A stretch of DNA of 5,953 bases, from positions 1 through 5,953 of the forward strand of contig NW_021829691.1 in the NCBI RefSeq assembly GCF_006345805.1, written 5' to 3'. The translations under genes and the position numbers were made by a program. The notes below the pieces were generated by a model. That model did no database searches and was not told where the DNA came from. It saw only the letters and a list, made by a program, of their open reading frames with translations. Source of the DNA: Octopus sinensis (lineage: Eukaryota). Of this stretch, positions 1-5,953 are shown piece by piece (position 1 is the first letter of the stretch; every line of letters starts with the position of its first letter).

Positions 1-148
1 ATGTATATCTGTGTGTTTATATATATATATCTTTGCGCGTATATATATGTATGTTTGTGTTTGTGTATATATATGTGTATATATATATAGAGAGAGAGAG
101 AGAAAGAGAGATAGGTAGATGATACAGACAGACGACAGACAGACAGAC

Positions 149-201
<53 letters not shown>

Positions 202-205
202 TATA
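1..205. repeat. Compound microsatellite: (TA)n/(TG)n, (GA)n at 89-110, then (GACA)n/(GATA)n to about 200
   Basis: Tandem di- and tetranucleotide units read directly from the sequence. Confidence 0.95.
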
Positions 206-310
206 GGGGCTGTAGTAGAAGACACTTGCCCAAGGTACCACGCAGTGGGATCGAACGCAGAACCATGTGGTTGGTAAGCAAACTACTTACCACATAGCCA
301 CGCACGCCTA
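206..310 (-). mobile_element. tRNA-derived SINE, 3'-truncated copy, same family as 2314-2476
   Basis: Minus strand has A-box-like TGGCTATGTGG (290-300), B-box-like GTTCGATCCC (247-256) and ACCTTGGGCAAGT. The reverse complement of 210-298 matches 2315-2403 at 79/89 nt without gaps (manual count). Confidence 0.85.
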
Positions 311-327
311 TATATACATATACATAC

Positions 328-370
<43 letters not shown>

Positions 371-378
371 CACACACA
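309..378. repeat. (TA)n/(CA)n microsatellite
   Basis: Direct reading. Confidence 0.9.
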
Positions 379-739
379 AAGGGGGATGCTGAAGTATTGA
401 GGAAATATTGTATATTGAGAAAAGGTGGAAGTTAGAAAATTCCTTTTTCGCCATATGTATTTGTATATATATATATATAACATTGATAATTGTATATACA
501 ACTGTGTTTGTACATTTGTATGTGAACAAAAGCATTCTACGCCTCTGTGTGCATGTTTATGTGGTGTGTGTGGAGGGGTTTGTTGAATATTTGTGTGCAC
601 GTGTGTAGATTTGTTCCTGGAGAGTGCTTTAACGATTACAGATTTCCAGAAAAATTTTTATAATTACAAGAATATATATCCTTGGGATGGGGAGGTGAAA
701 TTAAAATATATATTTATATACTTACACAGCAACATTCAA

Positions 740-896
740 ACATATACATACACACACACACACACACATGCTCCCCAAATATATATAATGTATATATATA
801 TATATAATATGCATATATATATGCATTTATGTATGTATTCATATTGAACGAGTGATGCACCTGCAAACTTTATAATCCTCATGCATATATACATAC

Positions 897-944
<48 letters not shown>

Positions 945-1055
945 TGATGTATACATATCTATGGTACATAAAGAAGCGAAAACAAATATAGCGGGATATA
1001 GCAAATGTATATATATCTAATATCATATATATATATTATGGATGTATGTGTATCA
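740..1055. repeat. Interrupted (CA)n/(TA)n/(TG)n microsatellite field
   Basis: Direct reading. Short unique stretches lie between the arrays. Confidence 0.85.
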
Positions 1056-1069
1056 TTAACTGTCCCACA

Positions 1070-1072
<3 letters not shown>

Positions 1073-1117
<45 letters not shown>
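1073..1117. repeat. (TC)n microsatellite
   Basis: About 19 perfect TC units followed by a pyrimidine-rich decay. Confidence 0.95.
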
Positions 1118-1366
1118 CCCTTCTACACACTCAGTGTATATAATTTGTTCTGATCACTCTCTCTGTATGTAACCTCCAACTCTTTCTGCTCCCTTTTCTT
1201 TTCCCCTCATTATACATATGGGTGTGTGTGTGTGTGTACGTGAGATCTTCCTCCTACACTACGAGATGTCACACCTTTAAATCGATCATCACCCTCATTG
1301 TCTTAAAGTCGTTTCCTTTATTTCACGACATCCAACTTTCCGTCAGTGTTAAGTTCCCTCGTCACC

Positions 1367-1718
1367 ATTGATACAACTGTCTAACGACACTATAACAACT
1401 CACCACACCCACCACCTCTATCATCATCCAATTATTATTATTATTATTATTATTAATTTTTTTCTTCTTTCAAATTTGCTTCCATTTCTTGCCGAGTGTC
1501 CTCCCGACTCCTAGGGCAAAGAAACTCATAGTATACATTGGTAGGCCATTAAACTAAACTATACTATGAGTTTCTTTGCCCTAGGAGTCGGGAGAACACC
1601 CGGCAAGAAATGGAAACAAATTTGAAAGAAGAAAAAAATTAATAATAATAATAATAATAATTGGATGATGATAGAGGTGGTGGGTGTGGTGATTGTTATA
1701 GTGTCGTTAGATGTATCA

Positions 1719-1720
<2 letters not shown>
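1367..1720. repeat. Long inverted repeat: arms 1367-1535 and 1560-1720 with a 24-nt spacer
   Basis: Manual alignment of the arms shows 3 substitutions, a 4-nt indel, a 1-nt indel and (ATT)8 vs (AAT)7. The rest is perfectly complementary. Confidence 0.97.
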
Positions 1721-1768
<48 letters not shown>

Positions 1769-1775
1769 TATTATT
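1719..1775. repeat. (ATT)n microsatellite
   Basis: Direct reading. Confidence 0.95.
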
Positions 1776-1784
1776 GATGTTATT

Positions 1785-1993
1785 GACGGCAAGCTGGTAG
1801 AATCGTTACCACGGCAGACAAAATGTTTCGAGACCTTTTGTCATTCTCTATATACCGCGTTCATATTCCGGTGAGGTGGACTTTTCCTTTCATCTTCTCG
1901 TTGAATGCTGGGGTCGAGATTATCGGCTTGTCCCCTCATTCGAAACTGCTCTCCTTGTGCCAAAAATTTGAAACAATTATTATTATTATTATT
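1785..1993 (+). mobile_element. Degenerate tRNA-derived SINE with (ATT)n tail
   Basis: A-box-like TGGTAGAATCG (1795-1805) and B-box-like GTTCATATTCC (1859-1869). The body contains GAGGTGGACTTTTCCTTTCATC and CTGGGGTCGA, and the 3' end CTTGTGCCAAAAATTTGAAAC is followed by (ATT)6. It resembles an abundant octopus SINE from memory, not from a search. Confidence 0.65.
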
Positions 1994-2218
1994 ATCATTG
2001 CCTTTGCACAACTTCTAACGCTGGAGATGTACTACGGTGTTAGTTGTTCACTACCAGTGAATTAAGGTAACACCTCTTATTCTTCGAGCACCATCCGGAG
2101 TATTCGAGATGTTCCAAGCAGTGCTGTTTTCTACAAGTGCTCCAGCCTTATTGCAGCCCCTATTTGTTCCACGTACTCCTCGAGATTTTGGCTCTCTGTT
2201 CCCAGGACTCCGACATTA
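1976..2218 (-). mobile_element. 5'-truncated 3' end of an R4/Dong-like non-LTR retrotransposon: ORF remnant, about 80-nt 3' UTR, (TAA)n tail
   Basis: The minus-strand translation is given in the next feature. It is followed by a short UTR and then a (TAA)n tract at 1976-1999. Confidence 0.75.
2077..2214 (-). pseudogene. C-terminus of a restriction-like-endonuclease non-LTR retrotransposon ORF (R4/Dong type), with one in-frame stop
   Basis: Translates as VGVLGTESQNLEEYVEQIGAAIRLEHL*KTALLGTSRILRMVLEE*. This matches the family-typical end 'vGaLGt...lQKtallGtarIlr.vL'. The TAG at 2131-2133 sits where CAG (Gln) is expected. Confidence 0.8.
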
Positions 2219-2228
2219 TTCAAGATGA

Positions 2229-2271
2229 TGCCCCAGCATGGTCGCAGTCAAACGACTGAAACCAGTAAAAG
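2229..2271 (+). mobile_element. Short 3'-terminal retroposon fragment, same motif as 2771-2813
   Basis: TGCCCCAGCATGGTCGCAGTCAAACGACTGAAACCAGTAAAAG aligns without gaps to TGCTCTAGCATGGCCGCAGATAAATGACTGAAACAAATAAAAG. Confidence 0.7.
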
Positions 2272-2313
2272 TTATTTTTAAATGTTTAAAATAGAAATAT
2301 ATTCTTAAGAGCT

Positions 2314-2476
2314 GCTGTGTGGTAAGTAGCTTGCTTACCAACCACATGGTTCCGTGTTCAGACCCACTGCGTGGCACCTTGGGCAAGTGCCTTCTACTAT
2401 AGACTCGGGCCAACCAAAGCCTTGTGAGTGGATTTGTTGGGCGGAAACGGAAAGAAGCCCGTTGTATATATATATA
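2314..2476 (+). mobile_element. tRNA-derived SINE, near full length, ending in (TA)n
   Basis: Degenerate A box TGCTGTGTGG, hairpin GGTAAG-tagcttg-CTTACC, B-box-like GTTCAGACCC (2356-2365), ACCTTGGGCAAGT motif and a TA tail. An inverted second copy lies at 206-310. Confidence 0.85.
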
Positions 2477-2521
2477 ATAAACGAATATTAATTATCCTTC
2501 CAATGGCAATGATATTCCTCA

Positions 2522-2576
2522 TCTTCTTCTTCTTCTTCTTCTTCTTCTTCTTCTTCTTCTTCTTCTTCTTCTTCTT

Positions 2577-2609
<33 letters not shown>

Positions 2610-2647
2610 TTACTACTATTACTACTACTACTACTAGTAGTAGTAGT
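2522..2647. repeat. Compound trinucleotide array (TTC)n-(TAC)n-(TAG)n
   Basis: Direct reading. Confidence 0.95.
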
Positions 2648-2654
2648 TGTAGAT

Positions 2655-2830
2655 GTCCTCCCAACATCGCTTGACAACCGATGTTGGTATGTTTACGTCC
2701 CCTGGAACAAGCGGTTCGGCAAAATACCGACAGAATAAGTACTGGGTTTGATTTGTTCGACTAAAGGCAGTGCTCTAGCATGGCCGCAGATAAATGACTG
2801 AAACAAATAAAAGAGTAAAAGAGAGAGAGT
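2655..2830 (+). mobile_element. Body and 3' end of a SINE-like retroposon lacking its head
   Basis: Ends in the motif shared with 2229-2271, followed by a GTAAAAGA/GA-type tail. The overall sequence resembles a common octopus repeat from memory only. Confidence 0.55.
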
Positions 2831-2847
2831 AAAGACTTATTTCCCTA

Positions 2848-2861
2848 CAAGAATAGTATTT
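2848..2861 (+). repeat. Left target-site duplication CAAGAATAGTATTT
   Basis: Exact 14-bp direct repeat of 3761-3774. Confidence 0.9.
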
Positions 2862-2988
2862 CAGTTCTGTATTTAAGAGATGAGGAATTATGTACACTAT
2901 TGACACTATTTACATTTGACAGATATTTTGTATCTTTTCGGAGAAGCCTTTCACATAGGGAGACATACTGTGGACAGCTTATTGGTTT

Positions 2989-3497
2989 ATGAATAAACTG
3001 TCCACAGTCTGTCTAACCTATGTGAAAGGGCTCTCCGAAAAAATACAAGAGATATGCAGCCCATATGACACTAGGACAGTATTCAAGAGAAATACAACAC
3101 TTCGCAAATATCTCCTTCGAGTAAAACCACCAATAGAAGAGAATATGACCAAAGACTGCGTGTACTCCATCCCATGCAGCTGTGGTAGATTTTACAAAGG
3201 CGAAACATGCCGCCCCCTCAAAATAAGGTTAGACAAACATCGCAAAGCTGTGACACGAAGAGATATTGATAAATCGGGTATAGCTGGTCATGTATGGAAA
3301 AATGGAGACCCCACTCCCCGCCTGTGGGATGAAGTTAAAATAAAATAAAAGATAGAGAACACCACTGGAAAATACGGAAACTAAAAGAAGCAGCACATAT
3401 GCTAGGATACAACATCCTCCTAAGCAGACCGAGCGCAAATATGAATAGCGTATGGGAACCGGTATTAAGGAAGGATAGGAAAATATTAGATCTATAA
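2989..3497 (+). pseudogene. Penelope-type GIY-YIG endonuclease domain with the RT-EN linker, frameshifted
   Basis: KLSTVCLTYVKGLSEKI...CVYSIPCSCGRFYKGETCRPLKIRLDKH has the VY..CxC..YxGET.R....R..H signature (VY 3160-3165, YKG 3193-3201). An extra TAAAA unit at 3337-3350 shifts the frame. Translation resumes at 3351 as DREHHWKIRKLKEAAHMLGYNILLSRPSANMNSVWEPVLRKDRKILDL*, with the stop at 3495-3497. No RT domain is present. Confidence 0.9.
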
Positions 3498-3527
3498 GCC
3501 CTAAAATTCATTCCATAATTGCTCACG

Positions 3528-3600
3528 GGCATATGGCCTTGTGGTTAAGAGCGCGGGCTACTAGCCCCAAGATTCCGAGTTCGATTCCAGGCAGTCACCT
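3528..3600 (+). promoter_or_regulatory. tRNA-derived segment with Pol III A and B boxes inside the PLE 3' region; not a functional tRNA
   Basis: A box TGGCCTTGTGG (3534-3544), anticodon-like loop GGG-CTACTAG-CCC (3555-3567) and B box AGTTCGATTCC (3578-3588), at tRNA-like spacing. The T-stem and acceptor stem pair poorly. Confidence 0.75.
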
Positions 3601-3658
3601 GAATAATAATAACATCGAAAATACCTTAGGAATGAGAACCCAGGTCAAAATTCCCCAA

Positions 3659-3705
3659 GACACCTGATGAAGGCTGGAGGGTATATAAAGCCGAAACCTT
3701 GTGCT
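3659..3705 (+). ncRNA. Minimal type I hammerhead ribozyme motif of the PLE pseudo-LTR (mutated copy)
   Basis: CTGATGA (3664-3670), A, stem II GGCT/AGCC, GAAAC (3693-3697), then CTT. Stem I is GACAC/GTGCT with one mismatch and one GU pair. The stem III palindrome ACGT expected in PLE hammerheads reads ACCT here. Confidence 0.75.
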
Positions 3706-3760
3706 AACAACAAACAAAATAAGGACAAATATCCGTCAAATGTAAATAATGTAAATAATG

Positions 3761-3774
3761 CAAGAATAGTATTT
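3761..3774 (+). repeat. Right target-site duplication CAAGAATAGTATTT
   Basis: Exact direct repeat of 2848-2861. Confidence 0.9.
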
Positions 3775-4031
3775 ACCTCGAAGGTTATTTACTAGTATCA
3801 AAAGATCAAATTATATATATCAAAAGACCAAATTCCTTCCATATATCTATCAAAGCCTTAACCCTTTGAGCCCTGAACCTTATTTGATCATATCCCGGTG
3901 TTACGGGATCAAAGAGTTAAATTTGTTCCAAGTTATTAAATTTGGGAATTTTGTAATAATGTTCCGTTCCTTTGGGACACATGCCAGCTGTCCCTTCAGC
4001 CTGTGTTTCGCCCTTTTGTTACTCTTCTTAA

Positions 4032-4070
4032 TTCTATCTGATGAAGGACCACTGTCCAAAACGTAAAGAA
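4032..4070 (+). ncRNA. Second minimal hammerhead-like motif, different family, with a G12-to-A core mutation
   Basis: CTGATGA (4038-4044), A, GGAC-CACT-GTCC stem-loop, AAAAC in place of GAAAC, then GTA. The ACGT stem III palindrome is present. Stem I is TTCT(A)T/AAGAA. Confidence 0.65.
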
Positions 4071-4125
4071 GCATGACTTTTATTTCTCAAGCTTTAAACA
4101 CATATTGCGTTTGACAAAGAAGATC

Positions 4126-4316
4126 TGTGTGTCTATGTGTGTGCGTGTACGTATGTATATACAATGCATATATGTGAGCGTATGTAAGAATACACGTATT
4201 TGTATATGTACATACACACATAAACACACATACACACACATATGTAGATAAATATAGAAACGCATACATGCATAAAAACATACATACATGCACACACACA
4301 CACACACACACACACA
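4126..4316. repeat. Degenerate (TG)n/(TA)n/(CA)n microsatellite field
   Basis: Direct reading. Confidence 0.85.
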
Positions 4317-4380
4317 ACTATATCAATGTTTTTTGCACATCGATTAGATATCATTATTTTAAACGCAACTAATTGCTAGC

Positions 4381-4569
4381 TTGTTGTTGTTGTTGTTGTT
4401 GTTGTTGTTCTTCTTCTTCTTCTTCTTCTTCTACTACTACTACTACTACTACTACTACTTTTTCTTCTCCAACATCATCGCCATCGTCAACACTACCGCC
4501 AATACCATCGCTGCCCTCACCGCCACCACCACCACCATCACCACTAAAACCGCCGTCACCACTTCCACC

Positions 4570-4603
<34 letters not shown>

Positions 4604-4617
4604 TCTGTTGTAGCAGT

Positions 4618-4702
<85 letters not shown>

Positions 4703-4737
4703 CAGCAGTTGTAGTAGTAGTAGTAGTAGTAGTAGTA
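4381..4737. repeat. Compound trinucleotide mosaic (TTG)n-(TTC)n-(TAC)n ... (ACC)n-(ATC)n-(AGC)n-(AGT)n
   Basis: Direct reading. It includes 23 perfect AGT units at 4633-4701. Confidence 0.95.
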
Positions 4738-5017
4738 AAAAAAATGAACATCATTATTGTTAGTGCTGTTATCGTAGTCACTCTTGCTCGATGTGAAAGC
4801 TGCAAAAAGAAAATTATTACCAAAATATATTAAGAACAATATTTACACGTCACCGTTGTTGTTGTTGATGTTGTTGTTGCTATTCTTGTCGTTGCTATGA
4901 TTGTTCGCAATCCGTATTTTATATCGCTTTCTTCTTTTCTCCGATGCGTTCACCTATCTTTTATGCGTTGGTTGTTTTTTTGTTTCCCGCTTTCAAATTT
5001 GTTTTTCTTTTGTACCT

Positions 5018-5029
5018 GTACACACACGT

Positions 5030-5100
<71 letters not shown>

Positions 5101-5362
5101 CACACACATACACACATATACACATTTATGTATATATACATATACACATATATATATACATAAATATATATATATATGTGTATATATATATACATATTTA
5201 CATAAATATATATCCTATATCACACACATACATATATACACATATACACATACATATATAAATAACATATAATATATATGTATATATATGTATATACACA
5301 CACACAATGTATATATATATATACATATTTAAATAAATATATATCAATATATATATATGTCC

Positions 5363-5429
<67 letters not shown>

Positions 5430-5470
5430 TTATTACATAGGTGTATATATGTATATATATGTATGTATAC
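5018..5470. repeat. (CA)n/(TA)n microsatellite field, including a perfect (TA)30 at 5364-5423
   Basis: Direct reading. Confidence 0.95.
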
Positions 5471-5529
5471 ATGCAGTGTGTTTTTCTATTTTTCCATTTG
5501 GATTAATTTCTCATCTGTTATTCTTACTT

Positions 5530-5630
5530 TGTTGTTGCTGTTGTTGCTGTAGCTATTATCATCATCATCATCATCATCATAATCATCATCATCATCATTA
5601 TTATTATTATTATTACTATTATTATTATTA
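5530..5630. repeat. Compound (TTG/CTG)n-(ATC)n-(ATT)n array
   Basis: Direct reading. Confidence 0.9.
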
Positions 5631-5953
5631 CATTGAATACAAGAGCGAAAAAATTATTGAAAAAAAAAATTTATGAAAAATTTAGAGACCCACACCACTA
5701 CCACCACCACCAACACCTACAAAACCCCACCCCACCAAAAAAAAAAGAACCAAACAAACAAATGTACAACGAAAGAAAAGCGATATAGAAACTGGTATTA
5801 ATTCTTAAAGTTCTATGAAGACAGATTAAAATTTGGCACCCTCCTCTAAGGCAGTTTTCGGTGTGATTTTCTTTCGCGATAAGGTCAGGGCGGAGGGCGG
5901 GGCCATATGTGCTATGTGAATATATCTAATGTATGTTTATATATATATATATG

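Larger units (their letters stand above)
2862..3760 (+). mobile_element. 5'-truncated Penelope-like retroelement with an inverted 5' segment
   Basis: GIY-YIG remnant, hammerhead motif in the 3' region, inverted copies of both the ORF start and the element 3' end on the left, and a 14-bp TSD. Confidence 0.9.

Noticed and set aside
1367-1720. MITE or foldback DNA transposon interpretation of the long inverted repeat
   Set aside because: There is no target-site duplication and no recognisable TIR signature, and the arms contain microsatellite tails. It is kept only as an unexplained inverted repeat.
3528-3600. Functional tRNA gene (anticodon-like ACT)
   Set aside because: The anticodon stem has only 3 bp, the T-stem has 2 mismatches and there is no acceptor stem, so it is tRNA-derived only.
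3682-3689. TATATAAA TATA-like box
   Set aside because: It lies in the hammerhead stem II loop, and such motifs are common by chance in this AT-rich window.
3858-3870. TTAACCCTTTG resembling a piggyBac or MITE left end
   Set aside because: No matching inverted end (CAAAGGGTTAA) was found in the window.
4369-4839. Four overlapping ORFs of 113-156 aa with homopolymeric amino-acid runs
   Set aside because: They are translations of stop-free trinucleotide arrays on both strands and contain no domain-like sequence.
4897-5676. ORFs rich in YI/HT/CV dipeptides, also at 17-1026 and 4080-4354
   Set aside because: They are translations of TA, CA, TG and GATA microsatellites.
5889-5904. Two GC-box-like motifs (GGGCGGAGGGCGGGGCC)
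   Set aside because: They are isolated, with no CpG island, TSS or gene context visible.
1-5953. CRISPR array or prokaryotic system
   Set aside because: There is no repeat-spacer periodicity and no operon-like ORFs. The composition is that of eukaryotic repetitive DNA.

Overview
Eukaryotic, AT-rich, almost entirely non-coding window. It is packed with microsatellites and decayed retroelements. The repeat families and microsatellite density look like an octopus/cephalopod genome, but that is recalled resemblance and was not checked by a search. No intact gene is present, and nearly all listed ORFs are translations of simple repeats. Real coding remnants are (i) a frameshifted GIY-YIG endonuclease C-terminus of a Penelope-like element (PLE) at 2989-3497 (+) and (ii) the C-terminal end of an R4/Dong-type non-LTR retrotransposon ORF at 2077-2214 (-). 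The PLE insertion (2862-3760) is bounded by a perfect 14-bp target-site duplication and has a head-to-head fold-back architecture. Its 3' region carries a tRNA-derived A/B-box segment followed by a minimal hammerhead ribozyme motif. A second, different hammerhead motif lies about 340 bp downstream. The window also holds a near-perfect inverted repeat with 169/161-bp arms (1367-1720) and several tRNA-derived SINE copies or fragments.
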